A stretch of 64,000 nucleotides of DNA, from contig JBFWNU010000001.1 in the NCBI GenBank assembly GCA_050250895.1, positions 3,076,891 to 3,140,890 on the forward strand, given 5' to 3'. A model generated the notes under the pieces. That model ran no database searches and was not told where the DNA came from. It was given only the letters and a program-made list of their open reading frames with translations. Positions 1-9,404 of this stretch are shown here, piece after piece. Within the stretch, counting starts at the first letter, position 1. Each line of letters starts with the position of its first letter. Position numbers and translations under genes: made by a program. The DNA is from Vulcanimicrobiota bacterium. GTDB lineage: Bacteria; Vulcanimicrobiota; Xenobia; Xenobiales; JADMJV01.

Positions 1-662
1 GGCGGCAGCAGGTGAACCAGGGCGTTGAAACCGATGGCCTGGATCGACACCCCTAGCAAAGCGTTGGTAAGACAGGGGTCGAGGGTGACATGCGAACCCA
101 TTTCGATGACGTCGCCGATGGCCTGAGCGGCGATTTCGGGGTGACCCTCGAGTAGTGCGTTCTCGGCCCAGGCGCACAGAGCCTGAGCCGTTTGACGCAG
201 AGCCACCAGGTCGATCATGTCGGTCCCAAAGGCCGGCCGTTCTATCGCAGCCGTGAACACCGGCCTGGTCAGGGCCTGATGGAGCGGTGGCCACAGTTCG
301 GCGAAGTCGGCCCGGGCCTGGATATACTCGGGAACGGTGGCCATGGCTTGGTGATCGATGGGCTGTCCGGTCTCGGAGGCCGAGGTGCTGAAGCCTCGCC
401 AGGTCTCGATGATCGTACCGGCCGGAGTCTTCGGCTTGGGATGAGAGCGCGAGCCCCAAAACGCCAGGAAAGGTTCGCTGAGATAGCCATTCTGTTTGGG
501 GTCGGTCGCTTTCACCATCAGGTTCGCTCGTCGCTGACGGGAGGTCTCGATGGCGGCCTTGACGTCTTCGGCCCGCTGATTGAGAGGGAACCGCAGGAAC
601 ATTACCAGGGCTAACAAGCTGACGACGGCCAGCACGGTGGCAACCTGGAGAAGGCTTCTCAT
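1..662 (-). CDS. hypothetical protein with N-terminal membrane anchor, 3' end runs off the window
   Basis: Manual translation: ATG at 662, MRSLLQVATVLAVVSLLALVMFLRFPLNQRAEDVKAAIE..., open to the window edge; absent from the ORF track because it has no stop. Confidence 0.7.
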   Translation of the reverse strand, partial: MRSLLQVATVLAVVSLLALVMFLRFPLNQRAEDVKAAIETSRQRRANLMVKATDPKQNGYLSEPFLAFWGSRSHPKPKTPAGTIIETWRGFSTSASETGQPIDHQAMATVPEYIQARADFAELWPPLHQALTRPVFTAAIERPAFGTDMIDLVALRQTAQALCAWAENALLEGHPEIAAQAIGDVIEMGSHVTLDPCLTNALLGVSIQAIGFNALVHLLP

Positions 663-700
663 GAAAGGATCGTTCGGGGAAAGGGGAGGTTTGCCCTGGA

Positions 701-1396
701 TCAGGGCAGGCGGGCTGACATCTCGCGTAAGATGTCGGTCTGGATCTGCTGAATCTCGACTAGATGTTGCCACTGTTGAGTGAGAAGCTGGTCGATCTTG
801 AGGGTCAGGCCGCGTACCTCCAGCTCGGCTTTGAGGTTGGTTACGTAATCTTGCTCGGAACGCAGACGGTCCTTGGCCTCCTGCCGGTTCTGACTCATCA
901 TGATGATGGGAGCCTGGATCGAGGCCAGACAAGAGAGCACCAGATTGAGCAGGATGTAGGGATAAGGGTCAAAGGCCGTCTGCCGCAGCAGTAAAGTATT
1001 GGTGAGCATCCAGGCCACCAGGGCCGCGAAGAACAGGATGATGAAGGTCCAACTGCCACCGAAGTCGGCCACTTTGTCGGCCAGCGCTTCGCCGAGGGTC
1101 TTGTCTGCCTCGAACTGCTTGTTGATGTCTTTGGTCAACAATTCTTGCTCTTCGAGGCTGTTGATGACCTGAAGGTCGAGCCGGGTCAACTGCCCCCGAT
1201 CTTCTTCGAGTTGCGTCCGCACATAGTCGGCTCGTTGAGCGTTGAGATCATCATGACAGATATAGCCCTCGTTGGGATTCCACTGGCTGTGCTCTCGCCC
1301 AATGAAGGCCGACACATTGTCACGCACGGCGCTGGCGGGATAGAGGTCGCGCAGGTCTTTGAGTTGACCACAAATCTGGCAGGCATGTCTTTCCAT
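701..1396 (-). CDS. DUF1003 family membrane protein
   Basis: ADKVADFGGSWTFI, FDPYPYILLNLVLSCLASIQAPIIMMSQNRQ; start set at MERHACQIC. Confidence 0.9.
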   Translation of the reverse strand: MERHACQICGQLKDLRDLYPASAVRDNVSAFIGREHSQWNPNEGYICHDDLNAQRADYVRTQLEEDRGQLTRLDLQVINSLEEQELLTKDINKQFEADKTLGEALADKVADFGGSWTFIILFFAALVAWMLTNTLLLRQTAFDPYPYILLNLVLSCLASIQAPIIMMSQNRQEAKDRLRSEQDYVTNLKAELEVRGLTLKIDQLLTQQWQHLVEIQQIQTDILREMSARLP

Positions 1397-1546
1397 TGGC
1401 GGGGTTTCGACCGCCGCGGGAGGATGCCCCGCTCCCAGACAGGCAGGTCTCGTTTGAAAATATGAGAAAAACGCAATAAACAGAGTAACTCGATCCGGGT
1501 ATCGAGGTTTCATCCATCATCATGGGATAAAGGGGATTGTTCTGAG

Positions 1547-2116
1547 ATGCGCTTTCTGTCTCACCTGGGGGTCCTGTTGCTATTGACCGCGCCCGTTTGG
1601 GCCAAGGACTACAAAGCTTATGCCAAGGATAGCAAAGTGGGGTTTTCGATCTCGCACTTTGCGGACCGAGCCGAAGGCAAGTTTGGCCAGTTTCACGGCA
1701 CATTACATTTCAATAGCCAGGATCCAGCCAGTTCTTCGGTGGAATTTCAAGTCGGCACCAACAGTATCGACACCCGCAACCAGGAGCGCGATTCTCACCT
1801 GCGCGGGACGGACTATTTCGATAGCGGGCGCTTTCCCGAGATGACCTTTCAAAGCAAGAGCTTTCGCAAGGTCGGTAGCAACAAGTATATGGTCACGGGG
1901 CCGCTCACCATCAAGGGCGTGAGTAAGCCTGTAACGGTCCCCGTCAAGTTGGTCGAGGACAAGATGCTGTGGGCCACCGGGGTCCAGGCCTTGCGGTTCG
2001 AGTCGACCTTCGAGATCAACCGGCTGGACTTCGGGGTGGGCGGCGAGAATGCGTTTCTCGGCAATGAAGTGCGCATCGAGTTAAGACTCGAGTTTCACGA
2101 TGAAGCCGGACACTAG
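1547..2116 (+). CDS. YceI family periplasmic lipid/polyisoprenoid-binding protein
   Basis: Signal peptide; SIDTRNQERDSHLR, GPLTIKGVSKPV, INRLDFGVG. Confidence 0.9.
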   Translation: MRFLSHLGVLLLLTAPVWAKDYKAYAKDSKVGFSISHFADRAEGKFGQFHGTLHFNSQDPASSSVEFQVGTNSIDTRNQERDSHLRGTDYFDSGRFPEMTFQSKSFRKVGSNKYMVTGPLTIKGVSKPVTVPVKLVEDKMLWATGVQALRFESTFEINRLDFGVGGENAFLGNEVRIELRLEFHDEAGH

Positions 2117-2846
2117 CCCTAACCGTAAGGGCCTGGCACTGGTCTACGCGGTAGCTTGTCACAGTCTCTTCGGTGCTGGCGTGGCGGCGATGATCTACTC
2201 GATGTATTTCGGACTCACGCGTGGGGCCGTGCACTTGAGCAGTCCTTGGAACTGGCTGTTGGATGTGGTTCTGCTGCTCCAGTTTCCGGTGATGCATAGC
2301 TTCCTGCTCAGTAATCCGGGCCGCAAGTGGCTGAATCGCCTGGCGCCCGAGGGTCTGGGCGGGGTTCTGGCCACCACCACCTACGTGGTCGTGGCCTCGC
2401 TGCAACTGCTGTGTCTATTTCTGCTGTGGAGTCCTAGCGGGCGGGTCTATTGGCAGGCCCACGGCTTGGTGCGGGGGCTGCTTTCACTGCTCTATGGGCT
2501 GTCCTGGCTGTTGGTAGCCCGGGCCATGCGTGACGCCGGACTAGGTATTCAGACGGGATGGCTGGGCTGGAAAGCCGTCTATGACGGCCAGTCACCGCGC
2601 TACGGTCAGATGCCTCGGCAGGGTCTGTTTCGCTACACGCGCCAGCCGATCTATCTGGCCTTCTGTCTGACCCTTTGGACGGTGCCCACCTGGACACCGG
2701 ACCAACTGGTGTTAGCCCTGTGGTTTAGCCTCTACTGCCTGGTCGGGCCGCTGTTCAAGGAAAGGCGTTACCGTCAGCGCTATGGCCAGCAATTCGAGGA
2801 TTACCAGGGAGAGGTGCCTTACTTCCTGCCACGCCCGGCCGGTTAG
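2100..2846 (+). CDS. isoprenylcysteine carboxyl methyltransferase (ICMT/MddA-like) family membrane protein
   Basis: Multiple TM helices; GLFRYTRQPIY...ERRYRQRYGQQFEDYQGEVPYFLP C-terminal signature. Confidence 0.7.
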   Translation: MKPDTSPNRKGLALVYAVACHSLFGAGVAAMIYSMYFGLTRGAVHLSSPWNWLLDVVLLLQFPVMHSFLLSNPGRKWLNRLAPEGLGGVLATTTYVVVASLQLLCLFLLWSPSGRVYWQAHGLVRGLLSLLYGLSWLLVARAMRDAGLGIQTGWLGWKAVYDGQSPRYGQMPRQGLFRYTRQPIYLAFCLTLWTVPTWTPDQLVLALWFSLYCLVGPLFKERRYRQRYGQQFEDYQGEVPYFLPRPAG

Positions 2847-2849
2847 AAG

Positions 2850-3035
2850 TTAGAATTGGGGAGGTCGGTTCTTTGTGAGGGTGCGACCACCTTGCCAACT
2901 GCCCAGTTCGGCCAGGCTGGTCACGAAGACCGCCAGAGCAGCGAAGAAGAAGAAGCTGTAAGTCCAGTCGGCCAGCGAGATCACAGCGAAGAAGAAGCAA
3001 GCCAGCAGGGATATGAAGCAAAATAGCGGGTTCAT
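2850..3035 (-). CDS. small two-TM hypothetical membrane protein
   Basis: Two hydrophobic helices; start uncertain (3035 or 3065). Confidence 0.5.
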   Translation of the reverse strand: MNPLFCFISLLACFFFAVISLADWTYSFFFFAALAVFVTSLAELGSWQGGRTLTKNRPPQF

Positions 3036-3210
3036 AGGCTCAGCATAGTCCCAGAGCGCCGTCAAACCGACACCCGGCCAAGTATTCCACCCCCATCCCG
3101 GAGGATGGATCCGCCTGGACCCACCCGCTGGGACGGGGGGTCTGGAGCCCGCCGAATCCCGTGCTGCGCTTGGAGTTGGCTTAGGCTAGTGAAGAACGGA
3201 GGTGGCCGAA

Positions 3211-3621
3211 ATGCCCGAACAACACGACTTCTTCGAACTGCTAGAACTGGCGGCCGAGTCATTCAATTACTCTGATGTGGACACGGCCTCGCTTGAACTC
3301 GGCAAGGCCCTGACACTGATCTCGCCCCGGGTCAACGAGGCCGCCTCGCCTGCCCCCAATGCGACCGACCCCTGGTCCGAAGCCCACAAAGCCCTGGACG
3401 CTCTGGCCATCAAAGATTTTCCGCTGGCCGCTTTGTTGTTCAGGAAGGCACTGGCCGAACAGAAGGCCACCCTGCCCGAGCAGCGAGCGGCGCTGGAGTC
3501 GGCCCGCCGCTTCGCTACCGCCATCGAGGGCGCAATGTTCACCTCGGCAGCTCTGCACTTGCGGGCTATCCGAGACAGCCTAGAAAAAGCCGGGCTTCGC
3601 GTCACGGCTGGATTGGTGTAA
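3211..3621 (+). CDS. hypothetical helical protein
   Basis: GGAGG SD upstream of ATG (MPEQHDFF); abuts the ankyrin gene. Confidence 0.6.
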   Translation: MPEQHDFFELLELAAESFNYSDVDTASLELGKALTLISPRVNEAASPAPNATDPWSEAHKALDALAIKDFPLAALLFRKALAEQKATLPEQRAALESARRFATAIEGAMFTSAALHLRAIRDSLEKAGLRVTAGLV

Positions 3622-3624
3622 ATC

Positions 3625-4458
3625 ATGGTCAGAACCCGCAGCCGCAAACTCTATTCCCCCTCGCCGAATCTGGCTCCCCGACGATGCCTGTCCCGGTGGC
3701 GCCGCTTTTATCCCGAGCTGCGCACCCTGGATGGACGTTCCGAAGAGTCGCGCACCGACGTGCCCCGCGGTGGTGAAACCCTGCTCTGCGCCCTGGCCCG
3801 CCGGGGTGATGTCCGAGCCTTGTGGCGTCTGTTGCGGCGCGGCTGGGATCCCGACTGCTGCAATCTCGACGGGCAGACGGCTCTAGCTCTGGCGGCGGCC
3901 CGCGGGCATGTCCGGGCCGTCGAGTTGTTGCTCGACCACGGCGCTGACCCGGGCGCTCACGGACTCGAGGCCGCCTCACCCCTGATCGCGGCTGCCGCCA
4001 ACGGTCATCTTCGCATTGTGGAGCTTCTGCTGGAGGCCGGGGCCCCCATCGACCAGTGTTCGAATCGGGCCGGCTTGACGGCTTTGATGGCGGCCGCTGG
4101 CACGGGCCGTCGCAAGATCGTGGACCTGCTGGTGGCCCGAGGGGCCAACCTGAACGCCCGCGATGGCCGCGGACGCACCGCCTTCCATCACGCCGTGTTC
4201 TGCTTGCACTTACCCACCATCGAGAGCTTGTGGGAGTTCGGGGCGGATCCCGAGGCCCGGGACCGTCAGGGCCGGACTGCCCTGGCCCAGTTGGTGGCCG
4301 GAGAAACCAAGCATGACGCCCATCGATACGGCTATCACTGCGGACAGGTGATGGACTTTCTGCTGGCTCTGCCCGGCTCGCAAGCCCAGGTCAGCGCCCT
4401 GCGTCTGGCCTGCGAGACCTCTCATCGCCACGACCTTTCCGACAAGCTGGCGAGCTAG
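3625..4458 (+). CDS. ankyrin repeat protein
   Basis: Repeated GxTAL..AA..GH..VELLL..GA motifs. Confidence 0.9.
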   Translation: MVRTRSRKLYSPSPNLAPRRCLSRWRRFYPELRTLDGRSEESRTDVPRGGETLLCALARRGDVRALWRLLRRGWDPDCCNLDGQTALALAAARGHVRAVELLLDHGADPGAHGLEAASPLIAAAANGHLRIVELLLEAGAPIDQCSNRAGLTALMAAAGTGRRKIVDLLVARGANLNARDGRGRTAFHHAVFCLHLPTIESLWEFGADPEARDRQGRTALAQLVAGETKHDAHRYGYHCGQVMDFLLALPGSQAQVSALRLACETSHRHDLSDKLAS

Positions 4459-4519
4459 CTTTTAAGGGTTCGTTCAGGCAACGAGCATAGCATCCGAGTG
4501 GGTCCTAGCCAGGCGAAGA

Positions 4520-5824
4520 ATGCCAGGTGGTGTCATGGTCGTTATCAATCCCCGTTCGGCCGCTCGGGGCGTGCAAGCGCATCCGGCTGCGGCCGTTCCA
4601 GGTCCTGCTGCTGAGGAAGTCACCGAATTTCGAGGCGACAAAACCCGAGTGCTGCGACTCGGCGAAGAGCCCCCGGTCGAGCAGACGGTCGCTCAGGACT
4701 GGTCTCGCCGCGTCCTGACCGGCATGCAGACGTTCTTTCTGCCGGCTAACCTGCCCCATTCGGTGAGCGCCGACTATCTGGCTACCCGCAAATGGTGGTT
4801 TGCGCGCGATGTGCTGTCGAACGCCGCCGGCTTCTGTGCCGGGGCTGCCATGGGCACGGCCCTGGGAGTGAGCCCGATATGGGGCGGAGCGGCCATGGCG
4901 ACCTTCAACATGATTCGTGATCGAGTGTCGCAGGGCGTGGGCTTTGCCGCCTCGTTCGCCACCCCCATCGCCGACAAGAACCCGCGACCCTGGATCGTCG
5001 CGGGGGAGACGCTCGAGCACATAGGCACTACCCTCGACAGTACGGTGGGACTATTTCCCCAACACATCTTGCCCATCGCCCTGACCGGGGCGGTGCTCAG
5101 GACCACGGCCGGGACCCTCAAAGGAGCGGCCATGGCCAACATCGGACCGCGCCAGGCCATCGCCGACAACCTGGGCGAGGTGGGAGCCAAGAACGGCAAC
5201 CAGGGCTTCGTGGCCAGCCTGCTGGGGACCACCATCGGACTGGTGGCCCACAGCGTGCTGGCCCATTCTTTGGGCCCGTCGGCGCCCCTCATCATTGCCG
5301 CCATCGGCTCGGCCGGGGCGGTGGCGGCCAATTCGATGATGGTGAACAACCTGGACATGTTCCCCATCAACGAGGCCACCCTGCGTTCGGTAGTCGAGCG
5401 TCAGGGTCAGGAGATCCCCTCGCCAGCGAGCAATGTCTGGACCGACACTCCCAGCCTGTGGACCAGCAACCACCACAAAGTAGGTCGCTCCATCGAGCCG
5501 CTCGTGGCCGATAAGCCTCGCTTCGAGCAATTGCGCTCGCTGTATGCCGGGCGCAAGTACTTGCTCGAGTTGATCGACGGTATGCCCTACGTCGTCATGC
5601 GCAAGGGCGCCGAAGCCGAGGATCGTTTTCTGGCTGGACTGCAATGTGTCACCATCGACAAACTGCAAAGAGAGAATCCGCAGGCTGATCGGGACGCTCT
5701 CATCAGCCAGAGCTTGCAGGCGACCCCTGATAACCCCACCGCCCTGCTCAAACAGCTGGGCCAGGCCGGCTGGAGCACCGACATGATCCGAGTCGCCGAC
5801 GACGGGCTGCGAGCCGAGTGGTAA
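4520..5824 (+). CDS. RUS1/DUF647 (root UV-B sensitive) family-like membrane protein
   Basis: FFLPANLPHSVSADYL and ADNLGEVGAKNGNQ resemble conserved RUS1-family motifs; start uncertain. Confidence 0.65.
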   Translation: MPGGVMVVINPRSAARGVQAHPAAAVPGPAAEEVTEFRGDKTRVLRLGEEPPVEQTVAQDWSRRVLTGMQTFFLPANLPHSVSADYLATRKWWFARDVLSNAAGFCAGAAMGTALGVSPIWGGAAMATFNMIRDRVSQGVGFAASFATPIADKNPRPWIVAGETLEHIGTTLDSTVGLFPQHILPIALTGAVLRTTAGTLKGAAMANIGPRQAIADNLGEVGAKNGNQGFVASLLGTTIGLVAHSVLAHSLGPSAPLIIAAIGSAGAVAANSMMVNNLDMFPINEATLRSVVERQGQEIPSPASNVWTDTPSLWTSNHHKVGRSIEPLVADKPRFEQLRSLYAGRKYLLELIDGMPYVVMRKGAEAEDRFLAGLQCVTIDKLQRENPQADRDALISQSLQATPDNPTALLKQLGQAGWSTDMIRVADDGLRAEW

Positions 5825-5825
5825 G

Positions 5826-6248
5826 TCAGGCGGCCGAGGCCAGACCGTAGAGTTTTTCGAGCAAAGTGCGCAGCTTGACGGCTGCCTCGGCGGGTTTGAA
5901 TGGCTTCACGATAAAGTACTTGGCGCCCGCATCAATGGCCTTCTTGACGATGTCCTGGTGACCCAGGGAGCTGGCCATCACGATATTCGAGGCGGGGTCG
6001 ATGGACTGCAGTGCCTGCACGACTTCCACGCCACCCATGTTGGGCATCACGATGTCACAGGTTACCAGATCCGGGCGCGTCTTTTTGTAGAGTTCCACGG
6101 CCTGGATTCCGTCGCTGGCTTCGCCGACGACCTCGCCTCCCAGTAGTTTCACGGTAACCCGAAGGGCTTTGAGAATAAAGTCCGAGTCGTCTACCAGCAG
6201 AAACCTGAATGCCGATCCGTCCTTTTTGCGAACCTCCAGGTTGGACAT
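5826..6248 (-). CDS. single-domain CheY-like response regulator
   Basis: LLVDDS, DLVTCDIVMP, FIVKPF; divergent from cheA. Confidence 0.85.
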   Translation of the reverse strand: MSNLEVRKKDGSAFRFLLVDDSDFILKALRVTVKLLGGEVVGEASDGIQAVELYKKTRPDLVTCDIVMPNMGGVEVVQALQSIDPASNIVMASSLGHQDIVKKAIDAGAKYFIVKPFKPAEAAVKLRTLLEKLYGLASAA

Positions 6249-6313
6249 GAGTGCGTTCCTCCTAGCTTGAATGCTGATGGCATCATCGGCGCAATTCGAT
6301 TTTCTTTAAGCCC

Positions 6314-6340
6314 TTAAGCCGTTCGAGGTCGTTCCGATGA
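6314..6340 (+). promoter_or_regulatory. possible sigma28-type promoter for the che operon
   Basis: TTAA-N15-TCCGATGA versus consensus TAAA-N15-GCCGATAA, about 40 bp upstream of cheA. Confidence 0.35.
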
Positions 6341-6378
6341 TAGCTTTGCCGGCCCGGCTGGTGTGAAGGGAGGACTTC

Positions 6379-8934
6379 GTGAACGAATTTGATTCCGAGA
6401 TGCTGACCGACTTTCTGTTGGAAGCTTGTGAACAGCTCGAGATTCTCGATCAGGAGCTGGTCAAACTCGAAGACGCGCCTGAGGACCGAGATTGTCTCAA
6501 TGTCATTTTTCGGGTGATGCACACTCTCAAGGGAGGCGCGGGCTTCCTGGGCCTGGATTGCCTCGAGGGGGTGGCCCACAAAGCCGAGACCGTACTTGAC
6601 ATGCTGCGCGACGGTCGGCTGCAGGTCGACCGCCATGTGATCGATGTCTTGCTCGAGTCGGCGGACGCCATCCGTCAGGTGGTGGCTAGCCTCGAGAACG
6701 ACCAAACCGAGGGAGAACTCGATGTTGGCTCCCTCAAAAGGCGGCTCGACGCGGTAGCAGCCCAGGAGGGTCCGCCCCCCGCGGCCGTGTTCGATGAGGC
6801 TGACGAGGCCGCCGTGGCCAAAGCCCTGGAAATGGCCCAGCTCGAGGACTTTCAGGCCTCGCTGATGGCGGCCCTCGAGGGGTCCCCAGCCTCGCTCCCG
6901 CCGACGCCGGCTGAGGTGGCTGCCGAGAAGTCGGCCAAGAAGGAGGGCGGCGGCAACCAGGTACGGGTGAAGGTCGAGTTGCTCGATAAGCTGATGAACC
7001 TGGTCGGCGAACTGGTGCTTTCTCGCAACCAGATTCTGCAGTTGGCCGGCGGCCTCGAGAGCGTCCAGCTCAACTCGGCCTGCCAGCGCATCAACCTGGT
7101 CACCAGCGAACTGCAAGAGCACATCATGCAAACCCGCATGCAGCCTATCGGAACCGTGCTCAAGCGCTTTCCACGCCTGGTCCGCGATCTGGCCGCCCAG
7201 ACCGGCAAAGAGGTCAGGCTGACTATTGAGGGCCAGGATACGGGACTTGATCGCACCGTGGTCGAGGCCATCAAGGATCCCTTGACCCACATCCTGCGCA
7301 ACTCGATCGACCACGGCCTCGAACCGCCCGAACAGCGAGTGGCAGCAGGCAAGCCACCCCAGGGTAACATCCACATCCGAGCCTATCACGAAGGCGGCCA
7401 GGTCACCATCGAGTTCATCGATGACGGTCGCGGCATCGATCCGGCCAACATTCGCGAGAAGGCCATCGCGCGGGGTGTGCTCACCCGCCAGGAAGCCGAC
7501 ACCATGTCAGACCGCGACCTGTTGAGCATCCTCTTCCGGCCGGGCTTTTCGACCGCGGCCGAAGTCACCAACCTCTCGGGTCGCGGGGTTGGCATGGACG
7601 TGGTCAAATCGTCCACCGAAAAAATTGGTGGTTCCATCGACCTGCAGTCTGCAGTCGGCCAGGGAACCACCGTCAAGATGCGGATCCCGCTCACACTGGC
7701 CATCATCCCAGCCTTGATCGTCGAGACCTCGGGCGAGCGCTACGCCATTCCCCAGGTCAACCTGCAAGAGCTGGTGCGGCTGGAGGGGACCCATACGATG
7801 GATCGGCTCTATGGGGCTGAGGTCTACCGTCTTCGGGGGCAGCTCCTGCCGCTGTTGAGACTGCGCGACCTGTTGGGGCTGTCGCCGGCCGAAGAGTCGA
7901 GCGAGACCAACATCGTCGTGCTCAATGCCGACACCCTGACCTTCGGACTCATCGTAGACGGAGTCTGCGACACCGAAGAGATCGTGGTCAAGCCGCTGGG
8001 CACCGACCTGAAACGACTGCAACTCTATGCCGGCGCCACCATCATGGGCGACGGTCGCATCGCCCTGATCCTGGACGTGGGTGGACTGGCCCGCGCGGCT
8101 GAGCTACGGGTAGACGATCAGCGCCAGACCGAGCGCGAGGCGGTCGAGCAGAAGGCCCGCCGGGCCACTCAGGCCCTGTTGATGTTCAACCTGGGTGACG
8201 ACGAGCGGTTCGTGATTCCCCTGGCACTGGTTTCGCGTCTCGAGGAGTTCGAACGCTCGCGCGTCGAGACCATCTCGGGCCAGCAAGTGGTCCAGTACCG
8301 GGGCAAGTTGCTGCCCTTGATCGACCTGGCCCGCCAGCTTGGATGCGCTGGCGGCATGCACCGAGACGTGCTCCACGTGCTGGTGTTCGAGCGCGAGGGT
8401 CGGGCCCTCGGCCTGATGGTCGAGCAGATCCTCGATGTCATCGAAGACGAGCTGGTCATCGGCCGTACCGGGGCCGAGGGTTTCGGAGTGTTGGGCTCAG
8501 GCATCTTGTGCGGCAAAGCCGTGTCGGTGGTGGATCTCGAGGCCGTGATCTCTTCGGTTCAACCCGATTGGCTGTCGTCTCGCAACGGCAACGGCAAGCG
8601 CTCGCGGCGCGTCCTGTTGGCGGCTGCTCCCAGCTTCACCAGCGCTTTGATTCGTTCCCACCTCGAGACCGACGGCCATCGGGTCTATCAGGTCGAGCAA
8701 CTCGAACTCGCCTTCTCTCGGGTCCAGGACGAGGCCTTCGATTGCTTGCTGTTGGACCCGGCTCTCAGTGGCAGCCGTCGCTACCTCGAGCGCCATCTCG
8801 AGCTGCCTTCGCGAGTGCCGGTGCTGGCGCTCGACAACGGGCAGCGCCTGCCAGGCGTCGAGATGGTGGCAGACACTTCTCGAGATGGGCTGCTGCGCCG
8901 CCTCGAGTCGATTTGTGAAGGAGTGCCGGCATGA
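6379..8934 (+). CDS. cheA: chemotaxis histidine kinase CheA with two CheW domains and a degenerate receiver
   Basis: Hpt FRVMHTLKG, HILRNSIDHGLE, SGRGVGMDVV, PLTLAII. Confidence 0.95.
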   Translation: MNEFDSEMLTDFLLEACEQLEILDQELVKLEDAPEDRDCLNVIFRVMHTLKGGAGFLGLDCLEGVAHKAETVLDMLRDGRLQVDRHVIDVLLESADAIRQVVASLENDQTEGELDVGSLKRRLDAVAAQEGPPPAAVFDEADEAAVAKALEMAQLEDFQASLMAALEGSPASLPPTPAEVAAEKSAKKEGGGNQVRVKVELLDKLMNLVGELVLSRNQILQLAGGLESVQLNSACQRINLVTSELQEHIMQTRMQPIGTVLKRFPRLVRDLAAQTGKEVRLTIEGQDTGLDRTVVEAIKDPLTHILRNSIDHGLEPPEQRVAAGKPPQGNIHIRAYHEGGQVTIEFIDDGRGIDPANIREKAIARGVLTRQEADTMSDRDLLSILFRPGFSTAAEVTNLSGRGVGMDVVKSSTEKIGGSIDLQSAVGQGTTVKMRIPLTLAIIPALIVETSGERYAIPQVNLQELVRLEGTHTMDRLYGAEVYRLRGQLLPLLRLRDLLGLSPAEESSETNIVVLNADTLTFGLIVDGVCDTEEIVVKPLGTDLKRLQLYAGATIMGDGRIALILDVGGLARAAELRVDDQRQTEREAVEQKARRATQALLMFNLGDDERFVIPLALVSRLEEFERSRVETISGQQVVQYRGKLLPLIDLARQLGCAGGMHRDVLHVLVFEREGRALGLMVEQILDVIEDELVIGRTGAEGFGVLGSGILCGKAVSVVDLEAVISSVQPDWLSSRNGNGKRSRRVLLAAAPSFTSALIRSHLETDGHRVYQVEQLELAFSRVQDEAFDCLLLDPALSGSRRYLERHLELPSRVPVLALDNGQRLPGVEMVADTSRDGLLRRLESICEGVPA

Positions 8935-9371
8935 GCAAGATTCAACAATATTGCACCTTCTATCTGGGCGGCAACTGTCTGGGCGTAGATGTCTTGCGGG
9001 TGCAAGAGGTCCTGCGCAGCCAGGAAATGACGCCGGTTCCCCGGGCTCCTGAGGACGTCTTGGGGCTGATCAACCTGCGCGGGCAGATCGTGACGGCCGT
9101 CGACCTCAAACGGCGACTGTCGATGGAAAGCAAGGTCGGTGAGCAGTCGATGAACGTCATCGTGCGCACCCCCGAGGGTCCCGTGAGCTTGTTGGTCGAT
9201 TCTATCGGCGACGTGATCGAGGTAGACTCGAGCACCCTCGAGTCGACTCCCGACACGGTGGCCGCCAGTGCCCGGCGATTTCTGGCCGGGGTCCACAAAC
9301 TCGACGGCGCCCTGCTGGCGGTGCTCGACGTCGACAAACTTTGCGCATCAACCAACGAGGTCGGCTGCTAA
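8931..9371 (+). CDS. cheW: chemotaxis coupling protein CheW
   Basis: VLGLINLRGQIVTAVDL; 4-bp overlap with cheA. Confidence 0.95.
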   Translation: MSKIQQYCTFYLGGNCLGVDVLRVQEVLRSQEMTPVPRAPEDVLGLINLRGQIVTAVDLKRRLSMESKVGEQSMNVIVRTPEGPVSLLVDSIGDVIEVDSSTLESTPDTVAASARRFLAGVHKLDGALLAVLDVDKLCASTNEVGC

Positions 9372-9404
9372 GGCGCCACCCGCATTATTCAACCAGGAGG
9401 AAAG

